In this document: positions 1-12,665 of the stretch, piece by piece
Layout of the letters: each line of letters opens with the position of its first letter
Position numbering within the stretch: position 1 is the first letter of the stretch
Source: Octopus sinensis
Taxonomy: Eukaryota
Assembly (NCBI RefSeq): GCF_006345805.1
Contig: NC_043004.1
Coordinates: 100,874,001 to 100,938,000 of the forward strand
Direction of reading: 5' to 3'
DNA length: 64,000 nt
Position numbers and translations under genes: made by a program
The notes under the pieces: generated by a model
Databases searched by the model: none
Told to the model about the DNA's origin: nothing
What the model saw: the letters and a program-made list of their open reading frames with translations, nothing else

Positions 1-340
1 TCTATTGCATTTCAATCTGTTTTAGGGCTAGGGTTAGGGTTAGAGGTGGGGGAAGGGTATCTTATTTTCTTCACAAATGTAAATAAACCCAATCTGTTTC
101 TTAAACGAGGGACATATTCATACGGCACAGAATGTTTTTTTACCTCAATGGACGTCACTGATTGGTTGAAATTGCAGAAATTGAAGAAAAAAACAACAAA
201 TATCTTACAAACTATAGAATTTTCTCAATAAAGCCAAGAAGAAAAGAGATGATAAAACACATTCTACCAGTATACGAAGTTTAAAATTTTTAGTAACCTA
301 GAAATTATGTTAAAAACTGCCATTCAAAACGAAAAGATCC
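1..340 (-). mobile_element. Partial copy of the telomere-repeat-containing MITE at 12252-12665 (window-truncated, opposite orientation)
   Basis: Reverse complement aligns along 12252-12590. Ends in TIR AAAACTGCCATTCAAAACGAAAAGATCC at 340. Degenerate TTAGGG repeats at about 21-44. Confidence 0.85.
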
Positions 341-902
341 TGCCCACCTAACGCTACAAGATATCAATGTGGTGTTGCCCCTTGACAACACCTGAAGTTT
401 TAGGCAGACATACATGTAGGTCTGCAATAAAGTACATAGATGAACCCACGAGGCTTTTTATGTAGTTGTTCGGTATACTGAAAACTGACTGTTAAACAGA
501 TTACCATTTTAGAAAATGAACTCACGTTTAGTAAAGACATTTTACAATATGAGGTTGCATTCAAAAATGTAATCCTATATAGCACAGCTAAAACCAAAAT
601 CAGAAAAAGGGTGCCGTCATGGAGAGAATAGCATTTATCATGGAGTAAAATATGTATTTTTTTAACAACTTGATAAGTAGAAAAAATATGTAACCACTAA
701 TGACAGCATGTTGTCTTCGAAACTTTCACAAATGCGTTATACGGGGTTATATTTCTGTGGAATTTTGAATTTATATGTAAGCGACAATGTATGTTAAAAC
801 TCTAGTCTCCAACAGAAACCATAAGCAATTTTTTATTCATATATACATATATGTTCGCGTGTGTATGTATGCGTTTATCTATCTATCTGTCTCCTCCCCC
901 CC

Positions 903-938
<36 letters not shown>

Positions 939-939
<1 letters not shown>

Positions 940-1229
940 GTAGCGAAAATAGTACTCTCCTTCCTATGTAACGACAAAGTGGTAGGAAAGAGCCACTATA
1001 AAGTCAGGCAGACAGTCGTTGTAGGGGTCAGTAGTAGTAGAATCGTTGTACGAGTTCTCAGTTGGAGTCAGTGTCAGTTACGTGATATATACGAGTTCGA
1101 GTTACCATCAAGATAGACGTTACAAAGTCATTGTCTTGTGGAGCTATCAACGATAGTGCGATAGACGAGACAAAGATAATAAGAAGAGGAATACCATCAC
1201 AACTTAATAGTAGCGACAAGAATATTACA
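939..1229 (+). mobile_element. 5' LTR of a Ty3/Gypsy retrotransposon
   Basis: Starts TGTAG directly after a (TA)n run and ends TTACA. Followed by a PBS and gag. No matching 3' LTR seen in the window. Confidence 0.75.
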
Positions 1230-1230
1230 G

Positions 1231-1243
1231 TGCCGACGAGGAT
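1231..1243 (+). promoter_or_regulatory. Primer-binding site (tRNA-Ser(GCT)-like)
   Basis: TGCCGACGAGGAT is a 12/13 match to TGGCGACGAGGAT, the complement of the tRNA-Ser(GCT) 3' end. Lies 1 nt after the LTR end. Confidence 0.7.
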
Positions 1244-1462
1244 CCACATTATAAAAATGGCGGCGAGGATATAAATAATTCACGAGGACAACGTTGAAAC
1301 AAAAATATTTTTTTCACGAGAAAATAAACAATTCACGCGGATGATGTTGAAAAAGTTTTCATGTGGAGAAAGATTTTTGTTGTACATATTTTACAACCAA
1401 TCTGTAAAATTATGGATAACTTGCTAGAGGGTCTAGTTGAGTTGCAAAAATAACAAGAACAA

Positions 1463-2940
1463 ATGTTACAGCAACAAATGCTACAAATAATGAAGTTGAT
1501 AATAAAACCGGAAAATACATTTTCGCCAGATTATGAAGCAAATTCAATAATTAGATTTAAATATGATCCAGAAGAAGGAGCCACCTTTGAGGCATGTTAC
1601 CGAAGTTTTGAACAAATTTTCGAAGAAGAATGGCAAAATGAAAACGCATCTAATTCTGAGGGGACTGGCGACGATAGATCATGAGAAATACTGTAACTTT
1701 ATATTGCCTAAAAATGTTTTTTCAGTGATAAAATATCGTTATTCAACACACGTTGGAAGTGCTTAAGCATTGAGAAAAGCGATGAAGAAGATTTTTACCA
1801 CATATGCGGATAGAGTGAACAGAAAGTGCGCGAGATTTAAGATAGATAAACTAACTCCAGACTAGTTCAAGTGCCTGATTTTTGTTCAGGAACTTACTGT
1901 TAAAAAGGACTCAGAAGTCAGAACGTAAATTCTAGCAAAGCTGGAAATGAGCGAAGATATAACTCTTGAGAAACTGTCAGAAGAATGCGATATGATATTA
2001 AAAGTATGGCACGACACAGAAGAAATCCTACGCAGAGATTGTTTTCAGATAAAACTAATGTAGAAGATTGGGAAGACGGGTAAAATGTTTCACAAAAAAC
2101 ACGATACACAACAAGAGATAGACAATATACATGTATCCTTTCATAAAACAAAATGTTTTCGTTGTGGGAACACAGGACATATTAAATCGCACTGCAGAAC
2201 TAAGATGACGAAAAGTTGGACCAAACGAGAAAAATAAATATTTTGTCACAATCAAAAAAAGTTTGTACAACGAACAGAAAATTCACCAAAGTGAGAATCG
2301 AAACCACTAGTGTCAAAATACAATTAAACACGGAGTGTGACATCACTATCATAAATGAAGAAACATGGTGACAAATCGGTAAGCTGAAATTATTCAAATC
2401 AAATAAAGTAGCATATGGTGTTACAGGAAAGAAATTATATTTCACCGGCGAATGTATTTGCAATTGCAACTTTTCGATGTGAAACGAAAACGATAATCAT
2501 TTATGTATTGAAAACGCCACTAAACATATTGGGCACAGAATACACAGAGTTATTTAAAATGTGGGATATACCCCCCCCCCACCACCACCATTAGTATTTT
2601 TTGTGAAACGTAGTCGTTACAGTCAAAAGTTCGAATGAAGTTGAACAACTGAGACAAAAAAATTTTTAAATTGTTTCCAAATATTTTTTTGAAAGGATTA
2701 GGCTGTTGAACTAAAACAAAAGACAACACCTGTTTTTTTAGGCCCAAATGGAACGTTTGCGGCGTTAGACCATCTCAATAAAGATCTGGGAAGACTAGAA
2801 AGTCTAGATATAATTGAAAAGGTCGACCATTCAGACAGGGCAGCTCCGACGGTTTATGTAAAAAAAAAAATGAATAAACTAAGATGTGTGCGAACTTTTC
2901 AAACCGGACTAAATGACTGTTTAGTCGAAACACAATTATC
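1463..2940 (+). pseudogene. Decayed Gypsy gag-protease-partial RT (K02A2.6-like), 3'-truncated at a (TA)n tract
   Basis: Gag FKYDPEEGATFEACYRSFEQIF...HEKYCNFILPK. CCHC knuckle CFRCGNTGHIKSHC at 2154-2195. Protease remnant QLNTECDITIINEETW (DTG motif lost). RT start PVFFRPK...LGRLESLDIIEKVDHSDRAAPTVYVKKK...TGLNDCL. Many stops and frameshifts. Confidence 0.88.
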
Positions 2941-2966
2941 CACATATATATATATATATATATATT

Positions 2967-3023
<57 letters not shown>

Positions 3024-3270
3024 CATACATACATATATACATACATACATATATATACATACATACATATATATATATACATATACATATATATATACAC
3101 ATATAATATACATACATACATATATATATACAACATATATAAATGTATATTATATGTATATATATATATAATATATATATATACATATATATTTACATAC
3201 ATATATATATATACACATATATATATATATATATGTGTATATATATATATATATATTATATATATATATA
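2941..3270. repeat. Compound (TA)n/(TACA)n microsatellite, representative of dozens of similar tracts across the window
   Basis: Direct inspection. Similar tracts at e.g. 6940-7160, 7860-8220, 16900-18430, 18950-19370, 29090-29550, 35780-36080, 37090-37720, 44230-44500, 47520-47860, 53830-54300, 55320-56260. Confidence 0.97.
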
Positions 3271-3819
3271 TAACACCCAAGTGTGTGTGCGTGTGTATGC
3301 GTGCACGTGTATATAATGGTAGCACGCATGCTCACGCATACATGTGTATGCGCACGCGTCTCACTTTACACCGGTAGTTGTTTGTTAGTTATTCCCTTGA
3401 TTATGTTACAAAAACAATCGAAAGTACAAGTTTATTCTACAAATATACTATATCCTGTTTATAGTTTTAGAACGTTAGGCCCTTGATTGAGGTCAAAAAG
3501 AAGAAGAAGAAGAAAAAGAAGAAGAAGAAGAAAAAGAAACAATTGATGTACAAGGAATAACTAAAAGCGACTCCAGCTTCTAAATAGTGCTAGGGTTGTT
3601 ATCCCTGCTAGATGTAGCGCGTTGAAGTTAAAACGAATCCTGGTAAATTACATAATTGAAGAAGAATATCATGTTTCGAATTATGCCGCTAAAAAAATAT
3701 AACGTAAGGTCATAGCGGTTCGAATTAGGTTAATAGAGTCTATGCTTGGGCGTGTAATATAAAATGCTGTAGATACATTAATGTATGAATGTGTGTATGT
3801 GCGTATGCGTATGTGAATA

Positions 3820-3858
<39 letters not shown>

Positions 3859-3964
3859 GTATGCATACCTTTATGTGTGTATGTGTGTGCGCGTGCGTGT
3901 GTAGCAACCACTGCAATTATATACGTATTTATATATATGTAGAGTTATAGGAATGTATGTGTAT

Positions 3965-4013
<49 letters not shown>

Positions 4014-4187
4014 CATGTATATGCGTGCATTTGTGTTTGATTATGCGTTTTTTTAAAATTCGAATGGCGTAAGTGCATATTTGCGGTAATTTTATAATCT
4101 GCACAAATATTTTATAGTCGTATAGGGTCTGTTTCAATTTAGTATCAACATATGAACTTCAGTACTAATGTGTGAAAATATATATAT

Positions 4188-4229
<42 letters not shown>

Positions 4230-4237
4230 CACATATA

Positions 4238-4275
<38 letters not shown>

Positions 4276-4277
4276 TA

Positions 4278-4315
<38 letters not shown>

Positions 4316-4378
4316 CAGAGTATGCACATAAATGCGAAACAAGGTGGGAAAATAGTACTCAAATACCAGAAGCTGTTT

Positions 4379-4565
4379 TAAAAAGCAGCAAAAATGTCAC
4401 AAAAACTGTTACTCAGAGTTTCAGGTTCCTGTTCGTCGGACAGTTTTATTTAGAAGGGAGCAAGATAAAGTTATATGCCGAAATACAATTACTTTGATAG
4501 ATACACATTTGAAAATGGTTTTGTTTCATTGGTCCTTTCAACTAACGGTGTTTCCAATAACTGGT
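4379..4565 (-). mobile_element. Penelope-type terminal-repeat fragment with a hammerhead-like motif (4402-4447)
   Basis: Inverted copy of 5680-5868, roughly 85-90% similar by eye. Minus strand reads AAAACTGT-CCGACGA-ACAGGAACCT-GAAA-CTCTGAG-TA-ACAGTTTT. Confidence 0.6.
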
Positions 4566-4766
4566 TGCATGCAATAACAAATTGCGGTTCAAAATCATAT
4601 TATTATAAATCGAAGAAACCCTAAAATCAAAAATAGCTTATGAAGAATGAAAAAGGCCTGAATACGCAGGGTAAACAACTAGCTGTAAAAATAATAATGA
4701 ATTAAAAGATATATCCGTTTAAAACTTTTTCACGCTTGATTACAAATACATTTAGCAATATATACA

Positions 4767-5323
4767 TCATCATCATCATTGTTCGACCGTAGTCGAGACA
4801 ATGGAATTTACCATGCTACGCCAGACTTCACGGTCCATCATGGCATTACGGAGGTCATGTTGCTGGATGCCTGTATCCCTGGAGATTACATCAGGGTAGG
4901 AGAGTGTGCACCCTCTGGTATTGCGAGTAGATGGCTTCCAGAGGAGAAGAGTAGAAATTACCTCTTTTTTAAGCTCTACAACAATGTCCAGCAAACTGGA
5001 CTCTCCTACCTTTTACAAGAGATGACACGGGTGGTAGTTTCCCATATATTTGCATTTTGGTTGGATGGCGCTTCCACGAGAGATTTTGAGCTCTCATAAG
5101 GAGGCGAGTGTAGGTTCCATCCAACCGCCTCTCAAGCTTCTTTGATAACGTCCAGGTTTCTGAGCCATATTGTAGTATTGGTTCGACTGTGGCTTTGAAG
5201 ATTTCAAGTTTGAAGTCTCTACTTAGATTTGATAACCAGATCTTATGCATGTCATTATAGGCTGATCAGGCCATACCCTTTCTAGTTAGAAAATCTTTTC
5301 CACATGATGATATGTATGACCCA
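4767..5323 (-). mobile_element. 5'-truncated RTE-like LINE (RT C-terminus plus (TGA)n tail) with a 14-bp TSD
   Basis: Peptides KLEIFKATVEPILQYGSETWTLSKKLERRLDGTYTRLLMRAQNLSWK and LRNAMMDREVWRSMV. (CAT)n tail at 4767-4779. TAGCAATATATACA at 4753-4766 and 5324-5337. Confidence 0.9.
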
Positions 5324-5679
5324 TAGCAATATATACACATACCAAACAATGTATAATATACTTATATACACCGAACATACAGACGTAGGTACATGGCTAC
5401 ATACATATACAGACATATATAGGCAAAACATTAATATATACAAATGTGTATATATGTATATACACACGCACGCACACAAAATCTCTTGGTGTATGCTTAT
5501 ATAGTTGTAACAGGCGAAAGAAAGAAAAGGAAAAAATCAGAGGATAATAAGTGGAGGGGGGAGAAAGAAAAACAAGGAAAAGAAGAAAAAGAAATAAAAG
5601 AAAAAGAAACAGAAAATTAGAGAGAGAAAGGGAAAAAAAGAGGTAGAAGAAGAGAGAGTGAAATGATGGTGTTCCAATA

Positions 5680-5868
5680 AGTACCCGGTTATTAAAAAGA
5701 CCGTTAGTTGAAAGGACCAATGAAACAAAACCATTTTCAAATGTATATCTATCAAAGTAATTCCATTTCTGCATATAACTTTATCTTGCTCCATTCTAAA
5801 CAAAACTCCGACGAACGGGAACGTGAAACTCTGAGTAGCAGTTTTTGTGATATTTTTGCTGCTTTTTA
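5680..5868 (+). mobile_element. Penelope-type terminal-repeat fragment with a hammerhead-like motif (5802-5846)
   Basis: CCGACGA-ACG-GGAA-CGT-GAAA-CTCTGAG-TA core. Inverted partner of 4379-4565. Confidence 0.6.
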
Positions 5869-5882
5869 ATATGTAATATATA

Positions 5883-6317
5883 TACTCTTTACTCTTTTAC
5901 TCTTTTAATTGTTTCAGTCATTTGACTGCGGCCATGCTGGAGCACCGCTTTTAGTCGAGCAAATCGACCCCGGGACTTTATTCTTTGTAAGCCCAGTACT
6001 TATTCTATCGGTCTCTTTTGCCGAACCGCTAAGTGACGGGGACGTAAACACACCAGCATCGGTTGTCAAGCAATGCTAGAGGGACAAACACCGACACACA
6101 AACACACACACACACACACACTATATAATATATATATATATATATATTAATCATATATCGACAGGTCTTTTCAGTTTCCGTCTACCAATCCACTCACAAG
6201 GCATTGGTCGGCCCGGGCTATAGCAGAAGACCTTGCCCAGATGCCACGCAGTGGGCTTGAACCCGGAACCATGTGGCTGGTTAGCAAGCTACTTACCACA
6301 CAGCCACTCCTGCGCCT
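5883..6317 (-). mobile_element. tRNA-derived SINE, family A (full length)
   Basis: Head AGGCGCAGGAGTGGCTGTGTGG...GGTTCAAGCCC (A/B boxes), CORE-like CTGGGCAAG segment, internal (TA)/(TG) tract, (AAAGAGT)n tail. Many homologous copies in the window. Confidence 0.9.
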
Positions 6318-6346
6318 ATATATATATATATACATATATATAACAT

Positions 6347-6381
<35 letters not shown>

Positions 6382-6950
6382 GCTGCCCCCTCGTTATTGC
6401 ACGAAGCTTAATCAATGTTGTTATCGTACAATGCCTGAGCAAGAATATTTTTTTAAAGTGAGGAAAGGCTGTGGACTGAGTCAATCCCACTCACTAAGCA
6501 ACAGCAGCCATAATCCGAAAAGAAGAACAAGTCAACATCATCGGTAACCACTGAGCCGCAGGTTTTATATCGGAGTTATCCCAGTTACCTGAGTTACCTT
6601 CTCATAGAAGGATGCCCGAACAAAGCTTGCTGGGGTTGCCGGTTTAGTCGCCGACGATCCGACCATGCAACAGGTTGTACTGGGTTACCATATTCATATA
6701 CATACATATATGGGTATGTAAAGATAAATATGGGTGTATGTATCTATATATACGACGGGCTTCCACATAGTTCCAATTTACCAAATCTACTCGCAAAGAA
6801 TTGATCGAAGACGCACACACACACACATACACATACACACACACATACAAATATAGATACAGAGGATGTGTGAGGATAGAGACAGAAAGAACTACCACTA
6901 AATGACATTCAGTTGGGTTTGTATGAATGTGTGTGTATAATCATATACAT

Positions 6951-6996
<46 letters not shown>

Positions 6997-7339
6997 CATA
7001 TATCTTACACATATATATACATATATATATATATGTATGTATTATATATATAATATATATATATATTATCTATATGTATATATATATTGGTATGCATGTA
7101 TGTATGCATGATCATGTGTGAATGTGAGAATGTATGTATATATATACATATATTTCATACAATTATATGTGTATGCATGTATACATGTACGATCGCGTAT
7201 ATCGGGTTTTCGGACATAAGTAGGTTTCTATTGAATTAACAATGTCACTAGTGTGAGGAAAGAATACATAATAGGAAATATACTAAAGTGTTCCGAAATT
7301 ATACATTACTTAGAACCGTTCATATTATCCTAATCCATA

Positions 7340-7372
<33 letters not shown>

Positions 7373-7889
7373 TGTATGTATGTATGTATGTATGTATGTA
7401 TGTATGTGAGTATGTATGTATGTGCATGAATGAATGTACACGTGGTTTGGTTTGGAACTGTAATCACATGCGATAACAATGCATTCCTTATTACATGAAT
7501 ATTCATAAGAATTTGGCTCATTATTCCATCATTGGGGAATAGACTCATTTGTGAGAACTCCGAGGAAATATTGTTGGTGCTAATTGGTGCATCGGTTTAC
7601 TAATCCTAGGTTTCTGCTCTCCGTCATATTCCATTCTGGTACGACGTACCATTTCTGCGTATTATTTCTTTGTCTGCGAGTAATAAGAACACAGTAAAGA
7701 CTAGTTTTAAATTGTCCGGATATAGTCATCGGTTGTTGGGTTTAATTAACATCTTAATTGAATTACAATACGTTAAGCAGTCTTTTGATGCAGATATCAT
7801 TCGTTTTCAGTCCATATTTATAACTCAGTTGCTAGCTGAATTGGGTGGTTATGCATATAGATATGCATGAATGTGTGATATGTTATATA

Positions 7890-7933
<44 letters not shown>

Positions 7934-7968
7934 TATATATATATATATATATAATATATATATATATA

Positions 7969-8018
<50 letters not shown>

Positions 8019-8189
8019 ATACATATATATATATATATATATAGACATATGTATATATATATTGTATATTATAATATATATATATATGTATATATACATA
8101 TGCTATATATATATATATATATATGTACATATGTCTATATTATATGTATATATTAATATACATATGGCTATATAGATATATGTATGTTG

Positions 8190-8221
<32 letters not shown>

Positions 8222-8697
8222 TATATTATGTGAATAGAAAGATGAATAATCTGGTAGTAGATAATCAAAAGTTTAACCGATACCTTAGTAGCAAAAAATC
8301 ACAGCAGTAAACAGCACGGTTGGAGGTACAACCACCTGGCGTTGCAAACCGTGCGTTGGTGCGGATAATTGAAATTAAAACATTATTGGTGAATTGAAGA
8401 AATGGAGCTGAACGCAGATTGAACAGAAATCGTTTTTTCATTCTACACGTGTTTCGAAAGGCACAAATTACCAAAATCCGATTGATAATGGGACCATATT
8501 GTGTCTTTCTCTTCAGGAAGAAAAAGGAAATCCGTTGGAAAACCAAAAACAGAACATATATACATGTATGTTGATTGGTAAGAGTATGCGGATGTTTTTA
8601 TGCGTGTAAGTAGATTTGAATGTATGTATACCTATGTATAAATTCCCAACAGGCATATCTAAGTATTGTATGCTGCTATCAATATATGTATATATTA

Positions 8698-8732
<35 letters not shown>

Positions 8733-8996
8733 TGGGTATATATATATATGATATATATATATATATATAATATATTATAATATATATATTATATATATAT
8801 ATAATATATATATATATATATTATATCCATATGAGTATGTGAAATATAATGTATATACATGTGTGTGTGTCTAATTATCTACGTTTAACGCAAATTAGCA
8901 TATGTATGCATACATGCACATACACACACACATACATAAACATACATATATGCATACATGTATACATAAATGTCAAGTTACTGAAATTTACTTTGG

Positions 8997-9033
<37 letters not shown>

Positions 9034-10299
9034 GTGAGGAAGTGTACGCGTAGGCGTATTAATGTGTGCTTATGAGCAATATATATTTCAGTGAAACAAC
9101 AGTATCCTAAGCCTAGTACTTAACTCTAGATTTGGTAGCTTTAACAAAGATGACATATAAATCTACTCTGTAAAGTAACTGAATTTAAATTGTGGGGAAA
9201 GGACGCAGAGTCAAATTTACTTTCTTCGCTGAAACCTGTCCTGATCCGGAGCAAGGTGGTATCGAAACGGTCGGACGTAGATCTGGTTGGCCAGGGTTTA
9301 CGTAAGCTTTCATCGTCCTGTGAGCATCACACAACGTTTGCTGAAAGCAGCTTTTCTGGCTCACAGAAATCGCTCCTGTTTACATTCATCCAGTCCTATG
9401 AGGCTAGGAATAACACAGTATAATCCATTGAGGGTTTAAGGCCCGACAGCTACTCTCCTTGACGAAGTAGTTTGTTGAGTTTGGTTGCATGATCCTGCTT
9501 CATGAAACTTCTGAAGGGAACTACATCTGTCTATCTGCTAAGGAAACGTGATAAATATTTCTCCAAGATGTGCGACTCTTTCCGTAAACACACGTGATCT
9601 GAGAGACATTTTGACTGCTATTTCTGACAGGTTGTGTAATCACACGGGTTTCTTCTATAGTTTTCTCTTGATCAAATCGTTTGTAGTCATTGTGCATTCA
9701 CACTTACTGTACGATACAAAAAACACACATATACACACATTCTTACGCTTAAACACACATACATATACTCCCTACCCTGCATGCATACGAATTTTCTCGT
9801 ATTTGTGTGTGTGTGTGTGTGTGTGTATTGCCTATGCATGTAAAGGGATGCGCTTCTGTTGCACAAAATAAGGTGTAGAATGTGGTTGACACAGAAGTAG
9901 AGAACTAACATGAATGCTTTGATGTATCTGTTTCACGTGCTTCAATGTTCTAAACTCAGATCTCATCAACTTGTAATTCACCTCTCGTAAGAGTAACAAA
10001 GCATATAGCGAACAATGTATTAAACAGCATTGAACGGGGCATTCCTCCATCTCTTATTAACTAGCCTTGAATATAATCAACAACAATGAGAGCTGGTCAT
10101 GCTGATAGTGTGTTTCCTTATTCTGGTCAAGGAGTCAGCTGTTTGTATCTCATCACCAGCGGTGTGTTCCGTTATCCAGTTGCTCTCATCATTAATTTAT
10201 CAATCAGAACAACTTCAGAGTCAGTTAATGCCTGGAAGTAGAAGAACAGTCTTAATGTTTCATTAGATTGCGTTGCAGGGCTGAAAGACGCATATTTTG

Positions 10300-10745
10300 T
10301 CTTTCATCTTTTAATTGTTTCAGTCATGAGACGGAGGCCATGCTGGGGCATCGCTATAAAGAATTTTAGTCGAACGAATCATCAATCCCATTAATTATCT
10401 ATTTTCAAGCCTGATCTTTATTCTATCGGCCACTTTTCCCGAGCTGCTATGTTACGGGAACATAAACAAACCAACACCGCATGTCAAATGTTGGTGGAGG
10501 ACAAACACACACACACACAAATACACACACATACATTCATATCTATTTATCTATCTGTGTGTGTATGTATATGTGTATGTGCGTTTATATAGAATAAGCT
10601 TCTTTGAGTTTCGGTTTACCTAATCCACTCACAAGTCTTTAGTCGTTCAGAGGCTATAGTAGAAGACACTTGCCTAAGGTGCTACGCAGTGGGACTGGTT
10701 CCGTAATTGTGTGATTGCGAAGCAAACTGCTTATAACACATCCAC
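10300..10745 (-). mobile_element. SINE family A, diverged copy
   Basis: Collinear with 5883-6317. Confidence 0.8.
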
Positions 10746-10757
10746 CCCTATATATAG

Positions 10758-11010
10758 CCGACCAGGCTATCAGATGTTGCTACACACCGCTGATCACAAT
10801 GCGCTTCGCATTGCTTTAGCCTTCAAATGATGCCACCCCGCTGGCTAAGCGAGCAGGCCAACAAAAGAAAGAGTGAGAGAAAGTTGTGGTGAAAGAGTAC
10901 AGCAGGGATCGCCACCACCCCTTGCCGGAGCCTCGTGGAGCTTTAGGTGTTTTCGCTCAATAAACACTCACAAAGCGCGGTCTGGGAATCGAAACCGCGT
11001 ATATAGGCGT
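10758..11010 (-). mobile_element. SINE family B body with alternative tail Y
   Basis: Shares GTTTATTGAGCGAAAACACCTAAAGCTCCACGAGGCTCCG with 42943 and 58187. Its tail matches 24310-24460. Confidence 0.8.
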
Positions 11011-11256
11011 GGTTGTATGATAAGCATTTGCCATGCTCGGCTACTGAACTCTACAATTTTTTTTATTGTCTCTCTGTATATTTTCTCTTATTCTTTTCTG
11101 TTGAAGGCCGTAAACTCGAAACGTAAAATAATTTTTCATTTTCCCTAGCATCAGACTAATACACTTGCTTGTTTTCATACACTTGTCTTCATCTTTTGTT
11201 TTTCTATAAATTTAAACTACATGTATACACATACACACACAAACATGCATATGTAC

Positions 11257-11540
11257 GAGGGTATATGCCCAGTGGTTAAAGCGTTGGGTTCACAATCATG
11301 AGGCAGTGAGTTCGATTCATGTCGCTCCAATACACTCAGCTGTAGAAATGAGTTGCGATGTCACTGGTGCCAAATGTATTGGCCTTTGCCTTTCCCTTAG
11401 AGGACATTGGTGTCGAGTAGAGGGAAGGCTGGTATGCATGGGCGACTGCTGGTCTTCCATAAACAGCCTTGCTCAGACTTGTGCCTCGGAAGGGAACTTT
11501 CTGGGTGCAATCTTATGGTCATTCATAACCGAAGGGGATT
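11257..11540 (+). mobile_element. tRNA-derived CORE-type SINE (family C, tail Z)
   Basis: A box CCCAGTGGTTAAAG, B box GAGTTCGATTC. Body collinear with 42192-42529. Confidence 0.75.
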
Positions 11541-11555
11541 TTTACCCTTTACTTG

Positions 11556-11596
<41 letters not shown>

Positions 11597-11791
11597 CGCG
11601 CGTGTGCCATTCCTTCGATTTGACTCGACGAGACCAAAACAAAACCTCGGATGTTTCCGTGACAGCTGCTAAAATGGGAGGAGGAGAAGAAAGCTAATGG
11701 GTTGTTTGCGCGTGCTTGTTCTTGTCTGTGTGTCGAGTTGTCACGGGAACACCCGAGGTTGTTTTGGTCTCATCGAATCAAATCGAAGGAA

Positions 11792-11851
<60 letters not shown>

Positions 11852-12251
11852 TATATACATTCGATGGACTTCCACAAAGTTTCTGGGTACCAATTCACGC
11901 ACAAGGCTCGTGTGCTATTGCAGAGGACACTTGGCCAATGTACCATGCAATGGGACTGAACCTTAAAATAACGTGACTGCAAAGCGAGCTTCTTAGCCAC
12001 AAAACCATGACTGCACCTGTGCATGAACGTATTTTTCAATTGGTAGTTGATTAGCAGAATCGGTAGAGTGTCGAGAAAAATACCTGATGACATTTGTTCT
12101 AGCACTCTAAGTTCTGATTTCAAATTCAGCCGTAGCCAACTCTGTTTTTATTCTTTCGAAGGTGACAAAAGCATGTATCGGTCCAATACTAGAACCGATA
12201 TAAATTACACCAGATAAAAAATTCAAGATTTGTGTCTATATTAAAATTTTC

Positions 12252-12665
12252 GGATCTTTTCGGTTTGAACGGCAGTTTTAACATAATTTCTAGGTAATAA
12301 AAAATTTAAACTTCGTATACTGGTAGAATGTGTTTATAAAACATCTTTTTCTCTTGGCTTTATGAGAAAAAATTCTATAGTTTGTAGATATTTGTTGTTT
12401 TTTTCTTCAATTTTGCAATTTCAACCAATCACTGACGTCTATTGAGGGTAAAAATCATTCTGTGCCGTGATGAATATGTCCCTCGTTTAAGAAACAGATT
12501 GGGGTTATTACATTTAAGAAAAAAAGATACCCTTCCCCCCATCCCTAACCCTAACCCTAACCCTAAACAGATGGAATGCAATAGATCGATACTAGGTCAT
12601 AATTATGGATGACAATTTCATATGAAATCGCTAGAAAAAAACTGCCGTTCAAACCGAAAAGATCC
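12252..12665 (+). mobile_element. 414-bp MITE with 28-bp perfect TIRs, 8-bp TSD and internal (CCCTAA)4
   Basis: TIR GGATCTTTTCGGTTTGAACGGCAGTTTT at both ends. TSD AAATTTTC at 12244-12251 and 12666-12673. CCCTAA x4 at 12543-12566. Confidence 0.92.

Noticed and set aside
6380-6690. Possible 5' UTR of an RTE-type LINE (minus strand)
   Set aside because: Only vague motif resemblance, with no adjoining ORF or second copy to confirm.
8265-8546. Minus-strand ORF with a GPCR TM1/TM2-like look (ILVICAF...FLFNL)
   Set aside because: Key residues and hydrophobic helix lengths are missing, and no further GPCR exons were found. Likely chance.
9400-9449. FN3-like peptide LSGLKPSMDYTV on the minus strand
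   Set aside because: Flanked by in-frame stops, with no upstream FN3 tryptophan strand or usable splice sites.
9980-10235. Possible signal-peptide exon MPRSMLFNTLFAICFVTLTR (minus strand)
   Set aside because: No phase-compatible downstream exon found. Unsupported without expression data.
12543-12566. Telomeric repeats as a chromosome end or fusion scar
   Set aside because: Only four units, and they lie inside a TIR/TSD-bounded MITE present twice.
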